Assembly (NCBI GenBank): GCA_040954595.2
Contig: CM082596.2
Coordinates: forward strand, 3,961,025-4,025,024
DNA from: Balanoglossus misakiensis
Lineage: Eukaryota; Animalia; Hemichordata
Direction of reading: 5' to 3'
DNA: 64,000 bases
In this document: piece after piece, positions 1-14,659 of the stretch
Layout of the letters: each line of letters begins with the position of its first letter
Position numbering within the stretch: the stretch's first letter is position 1
Program-made: the position numbers and the translations under genes
Notes under the pieces: generated by a model
Told to the model about the DNA's origin: nothing
What the model saw: only the letters and a program-made list of their open reading frames with translations
Database searches by the model: none

Positions 1-3000
1 CTTTCAGAAAAATACAGAGTTATGGATAAAAGTCGATATGCAACTTACATGTCCAAGGCATGGTTCCCCAAAGAGGGGGGATCTCTTCCTCCATTGACAG
101 AATACAATTTCCTAAAACTCACCCTGATGACGATACATAGCTTACAACACGTAAAATCTAATTGCGATACAAAAATACTTCTACTAGGACACGGGTCTGA
201 TGAATTTGTATATGAATGGACTAATACTGAGCACTATTAATCACAGTTGGGCGTTGTATGCTGGTTATGTTTGGGCTTGTTTCAGCACAGCGTACGACAG
301 AAAACATCAATTTACTCCATTTATGAAAGAAATATGAATATTATCATGTGTCAAATATGCAAGTTGGGGCATGTTTTCCCAGCCTGTTTACAATACCTGG
401 ATGAAGACGACCCCAGCCACTTTCTAAAGGATAAACTCACACACATCAGAGCTAACAAGTCCTCAATGAATATGCCGTAAAACAAAAACATCAAATTATA
501 AAAATTAATTATTATTTTCAGCGGTTTAATAATCAGGTTTTGTCCAATTTGATAAACTATAAAACAGTCAGAAGTCAAGACAATCTTTGTGAATAGTAAT
601 ATTTCTGTTCTCAGTGATGACTTTACATTTCAATTCAAGAATTTTCTTTTCTAGTTTACATTTATATTTAAAATTTTCACCCTATTCTAACAAATGAATA
701 TCACACTCTTTAAGCGTGTGAAGCATTTCCAGAAAGGTCATTATAAAATGAACTAATTTCCAAAGCATAATCTTGGGATAATCTCACGACATAAAGAGGG
801 GGAAAATAATTCTACACCTGCGATGCAAAAGATGCAGTCATGGCTGGAACAAGTAATGCCTCTCTATTACGGTATTTCTATTTATAACTGTAGAGCACAG
901 TTACATGCTCGGCATTACTTTGAATACGTGATACACAGTACACCAACGCTGAAAAAACGTTATGTGCGTACGAGATGTGAATTTACATCAGACACAGTAA
1001 GCCCTCTACAGGTGGGTGAATCATGAAGTACAGACAACCTAAGGGGCCTTCGGTTATAACATCATCATGAGTTGCAAATTTGAACATCTCCTGTCCACTT
1101 GAATTTTATTTTTCAAACCGAAGAAAATTTCAGATGCAGGCAACAAGAGAAATATTATCACCCACGAAGCAAAAAGGGCAAAACAAAAGACACATATTAT
1201 ATTCAATTAAAATCCCCCCTTCTGTCCCCTATAGCGTTTTTTAATTTTCCCAAGGTTATCTCAAAGACAAATTTAATTTTGTAATATTTCAGAGCAAACA
1301 ACTCATTTGTCACCAGTGCACTTCAACTTTACTGTTTCATTTATTGAAAATGTTCACTTCCGATATATTGTCAAATAAGATTGACATTAATTTGCTGACC
1401 CACTGTTGGGATAGCAGGAAGGCGACATCGCCTGTTGCTAGACAACTTATACACAGGAGTCAGTCTCTACTGAAATATGAGAATCCCCCAAGTAGTCAGT
1501 TTTGCTTTAAATATTAACCATTTGTGGCTAATTTTGGCCTTCACATTTTTGTCTTCATAATCATAATCTACTGACAAGACAGATTCAATATAGCTGCATG
1601 AGATTTATGCCAGGAAAAAAAAAGTATTGTTGTGGTATTATCCTGTACAAACAATTCCACTAATGGATTATCTATGAAAAATTCTATATATCATTGTTAT
1701 CAGTTTAAAGGTCTGACGCAACATCTAGATATCTTACTCTGACATTTAGAAAATATAAAATATTCACAACCTCACACCCACTTGCTACGTCTTGACAAAA
1801 CATATCCGATGATTTCAGGACCTGAAATCGTTCTTGTGCAAACTTGCAAAGTGTCCTCTCAACCTTTAATTTCTGTGAAGTGATATTTCGCATGGGATGA
1901 AGGTTGCTCTTTATATTATAATACGAGTGGCTGTACAAGCCACATACAAAGATATCATACAAAGATATAAGGTACAGGTTGCTTTCATGAACTTTGGCGA
2001 AAAGAGCATGCTGATGAAACAGACATTGTGCTCACCAACCAAGCCATGGCTGAGACAAGCATGACCCAAAAGTATGTCTCACTTCAATTGTAACAACAAC
2101 AGCTGACCAATAGACAGTACAAACCATGGTGACATTTCGTATTCATTAAATATTAATATGAGTATCCTTTAGTTTGAACAACTCTGAATGGATTACATTG
2201 TGGTTTCTAGATCTACAGTATAATAGATGGTGATGATGAAATGTACAGTTGGTAAACAGAACAGAATCAGTTATTTTGCTGTAAGCATTATTTTGTCCAG
2301 GAGATTTTCATGATTGCAGAGAAGCTTATACAGTCTCATTTGATTATACTTGCTATTAGAATATTGCCAAGTTCATTACTTTTTTCATGACCCATGACGA
2401 TTAACCCACAAGAGAAACCTTACAAGTCCCTGATGACTTGACACATCTGTTTTTGTGTTCAGCCAATCTACAAGCTAACTAGGTGCAGATTTACGCGGTG
2501 ATCACCGTGGCTACAAAACAGAAACACGAAGGCATGAAGGGTGTGATTTGACTTCATTATCAAACTTGACAGTCCGGTCCACTGGGACAGAACAGCTTGA
2601 CACTTGTTACTGCATCACTAGTTTCTACTCAAGTACACTTGAAGCACGGAATACAATCTGATCAAAGGGCATACAAACATCCATATTCGACAGGTTAGAT
2701 GAAATAGAATCTCTAATCAAAGTCCATGTAAACATGTCTATGTTCAACAGGTTGGATGAAATGGAATCTCTCTGTCCTTTTCATGTAATTCAAGTAAACA
2801 TAGCCAGCCAATACAGAAAAAGATGCTTGTATTTCTATACATCTTATTGTGTGAAAAACTGAAATTATAACCAGCATATAAGTGCAAACATCGGATGTGG
2901 CAGATCACGTCCACAGCTAATGGTTGTTGTACTATGTTATTAATGATTAACCATGGGTGACATGTTTCTAGCTCAATAAAAATGGGCATAATGAGTAATT

Positions 3001-3502
3001 AACACAAATTAATGATTTTCATTATCCTCAGTCTGAATGACTTTTATGTTTATCAAAGGTGTTATAACAAAAGCTATCTGTTTTCTCTCCCCATGTAAAC
3101 TCATCTATAGGTCAGTATTATCAATTAAAGGTTTTTTCGTATCCTGCAAATATATTTAATAGCGTTATCATTGTTTTCAATGAAAGCTTGCCAGGGGCCA
3201 AAATTTCATTATGTCTTTGTTGGCATTCATTCACACCCCTGGATATGTTATCCTTTCAGACATCAATTGGTTTGCATATTACATGTTTTGACATGAAATA
3301 TCATTTAATTTCTTATTTTTCTATTAAGGCACTTTCAAGCTTTTAATATTTATCCTTGCTCAAGGACACAAACATAATGTGTCCTGGTAGCATATATTTC
3401 TGTAGTTCAAATGTCCCCAGTGATCTGCTGGCCTCGGTCATGAATAAAATTAAACAACTGTCAATGTGTAAACCTTAAAATAATATTTTCTTTTACACTT
3501 TG

Positions 3503-3574
3503 TAGTCTAGTATCTAGCCAAGTTTAGTCTGCATTGCTTCCAATGCGGACACAACATGGCTAGATACTAAGCTA
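3503..3574. repeat. Short fold-back element (TAGTCTAG-type mini-MITE)
   Basis: tagtctagtatctagcca ... tggctagatactaagcta outer stem with inner gtctgcattg/caatgcggac stem. Confidence 0.6.
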
Positions 3575-3621
3575 TGAAACTGGTAGGTGCTGGTAAATGG
3601 GTTTCCAGCTTTAATCTTTGT

Positions 3622-3666
3622 AACCAACCAACCAACCAACCACCCACCCACCCAACCAACCAATCA
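3622..3666. repeat. (AACC)n/(CACC)n tetranucleotide microsatellite
   Basis: Read directly from the sequence. Confidence 0.85.
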
Positions 3667-6600
3667 ATTAATTAATGAAATCCATGACGACAAAGAAACA
3701 AACCCATCTAATAATTAACCAATATAAAGCTGTGCTGCAGCGTCAAATCTATGTTTACAACAGCTGTAATTCATACCAGCAAAACTATAAGGTATAAAAG
3801 AAAGTGTGGTATTCATGACAGTTCACAGGAAAAAGCCATAACTTATTCTTTTACCTTTCCGGCCATTAAATTTCAATTCACATTTACATTTTCAGCTTGT
3901 ATTTCAAAATCAGAGCTTCTCAGACGAAAGAGAAAAGACAGAATAAGTATTATAATAGAACTGTTTTCCCTAAAAATCGCTACTGACATTTCTCACGTAC
4001 AAATCCTTCAAAGGCTTTTTATCTGTCGTCAATCAAATAATTTCATTGTTTTCAACTGTGTGGGAGGCCTCATGTGGCTACTCCTAGTCCTAAGGATGGA
4101 ACAGTTAATATTTCACACAGGAGTCTTACACAATAGAGAAAAATCCATCATCTATTTCAAACCGGAAATTATTAGTCAGCAAAAACTCAATAAAACGGTG
4201 AAAGTGAAAGAACAGCCAGCCAGCCGCCTGTAGGCGATCGCTATCATCTTAGGCAGCAAATCCCTGGATAATCCAAGCCAAACTTCACCCATCCATCACG
4301 CTACAACATACACTCTGCCAAAAATGCCATTAACCCATGCAACGGAACAGCATTTAATTCAGAAAATAAAGTAATACATTAAGGAGGTAGAGTCAATAAA
4401 ACAGTGACCGTCATGACAACTGGATCACAGATGACGAACTTAATGGCAATGCATTGTGTTTTACGTTCTCTTGAAGACTGTCGTTGTTTGCTCAACAAAG
4501 CTACCTTCCTGATTACTAGCACGCACATTAATAGATGATATGTCTCCAGGCTAGCATAGAAAACTTGTCATTTTCTCTTTTCTGTTCAATTGCTAATGGA
4601 AATGAAACATGAAAAAAAAGAGAAACTAATTACATCCGCCCACCTTTGATCACAGGTGGGTTTCTGTTTTGCATCACTATCTGGGACACACAGAAGCAAA
4701 TCACAACTTTTTTTTCAAATCGAAACATACCACTGTCCAGTAATTTGTCATGAAAATTATTTAAAACCAACCAACCATGACAAAGAAATCACTTTTTTCA
4801 GACAAAACCAGAGAAATAATTTTCTTCTATGGATATTAAATCATTATTTCAGTCATACTTAGTTTTATCCTAGGTGAGTGGCTATACCATTAAATACTGT
4901 AAATTAATTAGATTTGCTTGTCAACTTCTTTCGTTGCCTAGAATCTTTATTTACACGGGCGTAATAATATCAATATGCAAATCCTACACTGATCCTTCCC
5001 AGAAATCTAACGCCTTCCCCTATTGGCTGAAATGCATCGCCATGGCGTGTAGAAAGTAATCAAAATATTATAAAATGTCTCTCTCTTTTTGTCAACCTGA
5101 TTACCCCCCTCTATTTGAATCCAAACGGTAAGAAACACGGATTCGCATAGTATGGTATTACTTGATATTCCAGTAATTGTTACTTCAATGTGGAACACTA
5201 TTCAGATTCTTAAGAAAACCTGGTTTCCCAAGTGATTTATATTCGCGTCATGTTTCAGATCTGACAGTAACCAGAAACCAACCTCCTACAACTGAAAAAT
5301 GTTAATGTTCGAACTGATCCACCAACATCTGTCAGATTTAATATCCAGCCAGATTTATTTCAATTAACCACTGACAGCTAGCTGCCTGATTTGGAATGTT
5401 TAAATAATTAATGATGAACAAAATCATCACTGACTGTTTCGCACCTAATCAAAGTGCTTCGCAATCAAATACATGTATGTTTACATGGACCAACATCTAT
5501 ATGACGTATACAACCATTTGTAGGGAAATATTTAAAAAAAATAATGGTAAAATTATACAATATTAGCCGGCCTCTGGAGTGACAAATTGTGAATATGTTG
5601 ATGTACAAATTACTGGGCAAATTAGGCCAACACTGATTGGATCACCGTGGAAACAGCAATATATTTTCAATTCACTGACAAACACAATAATCCAAGTAAG
5701 CTCTTCCAAGACATTAATCTTTGCGTGTGTGTATAGATTTATGAGTCTGCAAACACCTCTAGGCAATGAAGCAGAATATAGTTATCTGCACAATAGAAAA
5801 GATTGGTGTAAGGAAAACTCTTACATTCTACATTATCAAGGCAGCAATTATCTATATAGAGACATTGATTGATTGATCATCAGTTTTTATATTTTTTTTA
5901 TGAGTCCAGAAGGCCACTGCCAGGTGCCCATATTCCTTGCCTTTGAAACAAGCCACCTCAACAGGAACAGCAAGATCGGAAACAACAAGTTCGGACACAG
6001 AGACCTACAATGATGAATATTTCAAAACACTATTGTGGTTGAAACTAACCCATTCTTGACTGATAGAGCATTATCAATGTGCAAGTCTCCCTCTTATCAT
6101 CAAGACAGTCTTACATCTATGAAAGTGGTGCTTTGTGAAAATGAATGTTTAAATCTGCATTGGTACAGGTACCACAGTATAGGACATGCAGTTTCATGGT
6201 CAAAAGTACAGAGAACAACAGTTAGAAAGACATGAACAACCAGACGTTGCTTTCATTATTGACTCTGAGAAGAACAAAGGTACAACAAGATATGTTTACA
6301 AGCTGTTATACTTTCTAAGTTTCTGTATCATCTTCTGGTAAAAAAGTACCTGACGTTACTTGCATCATCGTGAAGTAATAATTAAACAATTCAAAGTGTC
6401 GTTTAGCAAAGCCATCGAATATGTTCAATGATAGCATTCTAATGATTGTGTGATTAACAACTTGCTGAAACATCACTTTTTGGCATGTGCAGGCAGTTCA
6501 CATCATGGTGAATCATGATGCTTTAAATCAGTAACACACCCATTGACAACTCTGCTAATTATGCCTAATTAGAAATCACAGGAAAATTAGTTGTCACACT

Positions 6601-9600
6601 TGCAATTGTCTGTGAATGATCTTCAATCAACGTGGGTGTAACCTGTCCAAAATCTGCTCTAATCCCTTCACACCTTTTGACTGGGATGAATAGTTTGGGG
6701 GTAAACACAACTGGCAAACTTGACATTGGGCTTTGTGTCTTCACAGTTGCAGATGAGAGAAGTTCAAGTTCAGGCACGACAGTGTCTGTCTCCTCTGAGA
6801 GTTAACTTCCAGTTCATGTTTTGTTCACGAAATCTTAAGAAAGCCCCTTGTGTAAGTAGTTTTTGATTACTTTTAAGTCTGAAGAATGACTAGAATATCC
6901 AATGGCGTTGAAATTGCACTTGTAGGTTTTCCAATACAATGCTTATGAGAAGATAGATTACTTTCGCTTACAAACAGAAGCCCACAAGTAACATCTTTGA
7001 TTAACAATGCTGAGTTCACACTGTGTTGATTTACATTGATTTATCAGCTAGTACAATGTCTTGCAACATCCAATATGTTATAACACCCACTATCCTCAAT
7101 AGTTACGTATAAATCTCATCATATACCAATTCCCACTCTAGCACTCATTATTCTCTATCCGTCTGTCTCCCTGTGTGTACGTGTGTGTGTCTCCATCTCT
7201 CTCTCTCTCACACACTGAAATTTTCCAACACCATAACTCTCCATGAAGAAATCTAACATTTAAAATCTAGTCTAGTTACGCTAATGCACAAATTAATTAA
7301 CTTTTCAAATATCATTTATCAATTTGTAATCAAAAGGTCAGTATTGTATAATTAATGAGATTTCTAGTATTTTGTTTTCACTGAAGCAGCAGCAGGAAAG
7401 ATAAACAACAGAAACAAAAGTTGTTTGGTCTATTTGATAGAAGCAATACTAAAAACTAAAAACCATCTTGAGACGACTTGATAAATATTTTGGCAGAAAC
7501 AAAGTAACTGTTGTTTCATCTATTCTACAAGTGGTTATCTGTTTGGAAAGGCTGAAGTGAAAACACTAGACAATGGTGAGGAGTGACGTGAATAGACACG
7601 CTGACTTAGTCTGTGTAAATTGTATTGGCGATTAATACTAGCCCCCATGGGTAGCAATCCGCTTAACTACGTGAGGTGGGCAATTACTCTTAGAACTTGA
7701 ATCTGTAAGGAGTGTCTAAAAACTTGGTTCCAACACTGGGTTCTTCTTCAGATTCAATGTCATCTGTTTTGATTTTCGCTTAGGTTAATTGCAATCAGAA
7801 TTTTATATAACCCTTCAAGATTGCCACTGTCTCACTAAAAAGCTGTGCAAAAATACCTCCCCCAAGATGAGTACCCAAAGAGCCTCGAGAAACCTCAAAC
7901 TTTTTTAATGGTACGTACAATCTATTATTTGATGTTCTGCTCCCAAGCTTTCCTCTCCATTTAAATTCCTTGTCTCTCAATACATTTTCTTGTAACTGAA
8001 GGAGACTACAAAGGACATTGTTTCTCCCACGGACTCAAACCTTACAAATTCAAATGATCTTACCAGTAAAATGTCTACCAAAATCTCATTAGCGTTTAAA
8101 TGCCCACCCTAGCATTATCTCGTTCAAGAGGGGTGTGTCCACAGATTTAAAAAAAAAAGTTTTTACGTTGAACCTATCAGCTTTATATCTTGGTGCAGCC
8201 CACGTCATTCATGCATCGTAAAAGTTAAAACCTTTCGATGTTCATTTTAAACCCAGCCTGGGCTTTCCTCGTGCGAGTGAGTCGTATATTTCACTAAACA
8301 CTGACACTACTTCCCATAAAATTTACAAAATCAGCGTGCCTGCTAAGGATGCCCGCAATGCGAGGCATAAATCAGACTTTATATGTGACTGAGTTATTTG
8401 TCAACGGACAACATGACAAATTCATTTTCAGCTTTTCAATCAAAATGCTCCATAAATATCCTTTCCTACAGCAATAAGGTTGCCCACACTCACGTCATTA
8501 TTGTTGGCAATACACACCACTGAACAGTCAATATTGTAAAAATTATAAGCAATTTGACAACTTAATAACCTTACTATTCAGGCAACAAATACTAAATGGA
8601 GTTATTTTTTCGCCATTCATAATTACGCTATCTGATAAGGAAACACCCAGTCTGCTCTCTGTGTGAAAAATAGGAATTGATAAAAAAAAGAACCCCTAAT
8701 TATAGCCTCCAATGAAATGAAAATGTCAGGGAGTTCTTTGACACACACAGTAACATTTTGCCATTTACTATTGCCACTTCAAGGAAGTTACTCTTCAGCA
8801 ATTACCTGACTGGCGAAGCGTTGCCAGGCAACAAGTGCATCACCAGACCCACGCCTCCATCAGTTACCACGGTGACTGTTACTCTGATCTGTTTAAATAC
8901 AATGATCAGCTTGAAATCTAAACATTTCAGAAAAACACTAATCAATTTAACCCCATTATCAATTTCATAACATCGCTGAAAAGATCCTGGGTTCCTTGAA
9001 ATTTCCGTCTTAAATGATTTTTCTGTCAAACAGATCAATAACTGGAGCGGCTCAAATGCACATTTTGATGCATTAGATTTAGCTGTGTGTACAGATATGA
9101 TTACAGTCGTATCTGGAACAGGAACAATTAAGTGAAAAATCTGACATAAACAGGATCTTATATAACTTTCGTTAATTTCTATTGTTACCTTCGTATCTCA
9201 GTGAGAATGCCACTGTCAAACTCAGAAATTTGACATATTTTGCAGCTCTTTTTTGGGGGGAAGGGAGGTACTAATGCTTACGATAACACAGCTGCAAAAT
9301 AACATTTTATAATCGCAGCTATGACTAACTTTTCAATTTTACTGATAAACTACCTGACCTTTATATGAAGCTGTAGGTTTTTGATTTGACATTTCACAAA
9401 AACAAGATTTGATGAACAGCTGCTAAACAGGACAAGAAACGGCGCGGAATCAGCTATGGTGAAAAAGCCAGCCCACCTATCCTCTGAATTGCCATCGTAT
9501 TACATATTTCTCAAGTCAACTGACGTCAAACTGGATGAATTAATCAAATTACTGACTTTGATATTTTTTTTCAAGGCTACGAAGTCTCCCTAATGTCATA

Positions 9601-12600
9601 TTTGCACATTTCCTGAATGAATATCACATTTTACTATAAATCATAATGTGTCGTATGGAAAACAAAGGTAAAGTGTGCGACCTTGTAAAGTAGAGTCCAT
9701 TACTGTCATTTTTCTGGTAAATGGATTCAGGAGTAATTTTTTTTCTATCCTCACCGTCTTTGTCAGACATTGAGAGAATTCCCACCTGTGAGTTGGATGA
9801 GCCAGTGGAAAAATCAAATTACGTACATTTTGTCTGCACTTTTCAAAAGCTAATCAATGAGAAGGTCACTGCCACGGGACTTCAACGCTTCCTTCCACGG
9901 CAATTAGGAGAGAAGAAACACCAGAGCTCGGTCCCAAATGGGACATCAGGGAGCGTGTACGCTAATGCAAAAAGATCAGAACACTTTACCTGTGCATGTA
10001 GGGATGAAATGGCCGGTGCGATTCCGACACAACTCGGACATAAATTCAGGGTCTATGAGAGGGAACTGGTTTGGCACCTGTTCGTTCTTCATCATCTCTA
10101 TAATCTTCTTTGGCAGTGTGTAAGAAAATAGTGTCGTTTTTTTTTCAAAACTGACAAGAAAGTCCCACGAGTTGAAGATACGCAGTTTTTAGTACTGGCC
10201 AGTTATCATGGCAAAGTCAGAAAAACGTTTCTTTTTTACCTCCGATGTTGTAGATTTTGACAGTGATGACAAATGAAAACAAGTCTATTGATCAGAAAGT
10301 CATGTTCATTAAATACACCTGACAGTGTATCAATGACTGGCAGTGCTTCAGAATCCAGAAAATAATTTTTCAGTTCAGACGTCAAAATGATGACTAGATG
10401 ACCGCAAACAGACTTCGACCACAACACCGAGATACGTGACGATCTTCCTTGTGTTTGTAAATAGTAGCACCGACGACTAATGTAGACATCACAATGACAG
10501 GTAAATTCAACTTGATTTCATCTTCATTACAATACAAGCGAAGGCAGCGATAGCAGAACGGCAGTGTTATTCAGGAAAAAAGTTCTCGCAGCGACAACGA
10601 AATGGCAGTGTTGAGCTGGTACTGGGTTGTATTGGCAGTGACTTGGCAGTGACAGATGCTTTCTCCTAGAACACCGGCTGTATCACATCTTTTCAGGATG
10701 TCCAAACGTATCAGAGACTGTTAGCGTATACACATCCTTCAGTACTACTTGTAGTTATCCAACTAACTGCCTTGTTTCATTCACTAAGCTACGATCCCAA
10801 GACACCTGAGTGGTTAGACCCCCTAGCCGTGCTCCATTTCTCAGCAAAGCTCATGTTTGATTTCAAATGCTGATGAAGCTTCGGTCTGAATGCACTAGCC
10901 TTTTCATGAACCCATCCAACAATTAATTGTCTGCTGAAAGGGGCTATTGTTTCTTGGTCTACAACCAAAACGTCGTCGTCACTGCTTTCTCATTGAGAAG
11001 CGTCATGCAGAGATTTTTTTCTTCTGAAACATTACCTAACTACGCGTCGATGGAAAATGAAGTGTGATGCAGAAGTCGGAAAGTGCATCTGTTTTATGGA
11101 ACCGTTCAGTTTCATTTGCTAGAATTTGAAGTGGTTTTGTAAATGCATGTTAGGAAGAAAACTTTTGGCTTGTTCTCTGCATCTATCAGCTGCACTGAGT
11201 CTTACTTGTACATTTTTTTTTCTCTCTCTCTCAAAATACTTTTGCGAACCCTGGGACATCTCTTGATGAAGAATGCCACAACAAGCATGTTGTAACATGG
11301 TGAATGAGCTCAGTGTGTGTATGAAAGGAGAAATGGCCTAGATATCAACAATTTTTTAAAAATTTCTGATGACTTAATCAGAGATGCTTGGATCAGTTGA
11401 CTGTCATTGACAAGTTCGGACACATATTGGCTGCATTAATTATACGACACTTATCATTGTTTTTTTCAGTGGCCTTTGTTTGATGGTGCACTGTGGTTAT
11501 GATAATGGTGTATGGGCATCTGAAAAACACTGTCTGAGACAGAAAAAAAGCATGGATGGAATACTGGCTTCCAGCATCTTGGCCAATTCTTTCCTTCTAC
11601 TTCCGGACTGCGCCTGTCAGCCCCAACAATGGAACATTGGAATGGCAACGCTTGAAAGAGGGTCAGTTCGGGTGCTTGACAAAACGCTCTGGATGTGACT
11701 GGCATGTCAACACACCACGATTGGCTGTGAAACGATGGCGCACACTTTCCACACAATCAGCCAAACAATAGTGACCGACGTTCACTTTTTCAATAAACGT
11801 GACGATAACAAGCAAAGCATACCGTGGCGCAGACAAATATATTATGGACCAGTCTGCCCTTTAACAAACACAATTTCTTGACACTGATTCCCATGAAAAT
11901 TCATGGAAATGTCCTGTGTGCAGCATATTACAAGTAACACACAGTCAAACTTGCAAACTTCGAAAACTACAATGACCGTGAAGTTATTTAACTTTCACAA
12001 AGACAATACACCCTACATAAATCCTGTTGATCAGAAACAAGACAAACGACAAAAACAACTTTTAAATGAGTATATTTTTATGGAAATTTTGTTATTGCTC
12101 TAGCTTATATAAGCCATTTTTTTTCTTATTGAAATTGTGGGTGGGTGTTTGTGATAGCTTTTTTGTAGTTGTTCATTGTTTCCTAGTTAAAAACAAGGTT
12201 CTCAATTGTTTGAATATTTGCATACACAAAAACTCTTTATTGTATTATACAGAAGCATTTGAACAAACTGGTATTAGATTTTACTGTCCATAGTCCATAA
12301 CTTTGTTACTACTTCAGGTATATGCTTTTCAAAACAATTTAATTGTTTTAGTCTTCCAGAACAACATGTTTTAACATTATGCTTTAATTTGCAAAATGTG
12401 GCATCTACCTTGATATAACATTGATAAACTAATCAAGCAATAAAATACATTTGAACAGAGATATCTACACTACAAAAATACCAGTCTTTGTAACCTTTGA
12501 AAATGCAATTGGGATCATTGCGACGTATTTAGCTGAACTTTCCAAATAGAATTGTCACTATCTGTATACATTTACACACATATACAGAGTATCGTGTCCC

Positions 12601-14644
12601 TAACTTCTTTTGTGTAGATGTATTTCCTTAAAAAGTTAACTGTATGAGAAGTTGTTGACACTTTGGATAAGGCGGAGGGCACAATGGTGGCAAAGGCAGC
12701 CAGCAAACAGATCAATTGTTAATGTCTTTGCTTTGCAGGCAAGTTTACTCAAACCCAGTGAGACTCAGGTTTACACAAGGAAAGGCAAAGTGAACACAGG
12801 AGTTTTGATGTCATTGCCACTGCATTTAGAACACGGGTAGGCATCTTGCTCTCGCAAGGGAATTCGAAAATGATTGGAAACGGACACATGCTGGCATGTT
12901 GACGTCAAAATACAGCTGCGACCATATCAAACATGAGTGAATAAACGGCAATTTTATCACTGTAACCTGATCTACGTGTAACCTACTTTACTCATGATAG
13001 TTCTAGATAATATATTTCTGATTATGAGTGGTTTATAGAAAATATCACTTATAAACAGTGAACATATGCAAGTATGCTATAATCCAAAGTGGGAAAACAA
13101 ATTTTTTGGATTCTGTATAGTTACACTGGCCCCATGCTGAGTTGCAGGACACTTGGGTTCATGGCAAAAACAAATACGGCCTGTCCTATTGAGGTCATAA
13201 AGGGGGTCTTATGATCAATATGACACTGCAACTACATCATATCAACGGTAAATAATGAGACATCATATTGAACTGATATTTGATCAACTTTGATCAACAG
13301 ACATATTAATTCCATGGCTTGTAAGAGTTGACAAACAGTGTTTCTGACCACCTGTTGATTTTAGACATTCTCTGTGATAACATCCTAAATCTCTGTTTCT
13401 CTCTTCTCCCTCTTCCCTATCCTTCTTTCTGTTCTCTTCCCTCCCCCTGTTTCTTTGTCCCTCTCTCCCTCACGCCTCCCTCACAAAGGATAACCACGGT
13501 CACTCCATACATGACCGTGGGATAACATTAAACACAAGTCACTTGTACTCTCTTAAATCTGAAATCAGGTATGTGGAAAACAACAAACTTGGCATTTGTA
13601 ATCAACACAAAACCAATTTCTTCTGAATTCCGAATTTAATTTTTCACGTTCCTGAGAATCACACACATGAAACACAGAGTCAAATTCAAATCTACGATTA
13701 AGGCAAAGCATTAGTGACTTGAATTTCTTCTGTTTTCTCACGCATTGTAAGCCTAACCAGGCATTGTAATAGAAGTGAATTCGATTTGGTTTGATGACAT
13801 AACAGCTGACTGAAATCAACATCTCAAATGTTTGTTTGCATACTACGCAGTCAGTTGATATACAAAGGAACAGTTAAAAATGCAATGAAAAACAGAGAAA
13901 ATTACACCTAAGACAAAACTAAACTTCAACTAATACTGATACTTCATTTCTTTCTGTCTCTCCTAAACTTTTTCTACACACACCTGCTATCAAAATAAAC
14001 CTGTTGCTTCATTTGTGAGATTTTTTTCTCAGACAAACAGCTCTATTGTATACTGATCAAGCTGTTTCAAATTGTCAATTGACTTTCAACGACAAACAAT
14101 CTGGAACTGACCATAGACAATGTAATCTGGTACAGAGTAAACACATATCTGACTGAATAATAATACTCAGTGTAAATGAATAATGAAAATGTCTTTACTG
14201 TGTTTTAATAAATACATACATGTACAGGTAATTCACTTTTCAAACTAGACTATGCTATCTTTCATCGCCGTTCACTTTATCTCGCTCAGGTGAATTCAAT
14301 TAATCATTTGGCTATTTAACTTGCAACTAGAGACTTCATAAATTATAGTAATTAATATAAATACAGCGGAACGAAATGAGACAGGAGAAATGGAGATACA
14401 ATTTACGGCACAATAGCAAACAGACAAATGTCCACTGGAGAATTAATTTGTGAGAGAATAAAAGTGTTGGTGCATCATAAATTTAAATGACAAGACGTTT
14501 GACAATTATCAGCGTCATGAGGGAATTGACGATTGGCCACAGATTAAAACCTCAGGTGGTGTGGGGTTATTACCCTGAGTAATTTATTCGGGGTATTATC
14601 TGGAGACTTAAAAACAAAATCTTTCTGAATGCTGCACCTGGTTA

Positions 14645-14659
14645 CCACTAGAGGGCAGC
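14645..14659 (+). promoter_or_regulatory. CTCF-like motif CCACTAGAGGGCAGC
   Basis: Close match to the bilaterian CTCF core consensus; binding is untested. Confidence 0.4.

Noticed and set aside
3751-4233. 160-aa + strand ORF (and other 100-160 aa ORFs such as 46718-47188, 32434-32865, 9721-10131)
   Set aside because: No recognisable domain or splice context; expected by chance in 64 kb.
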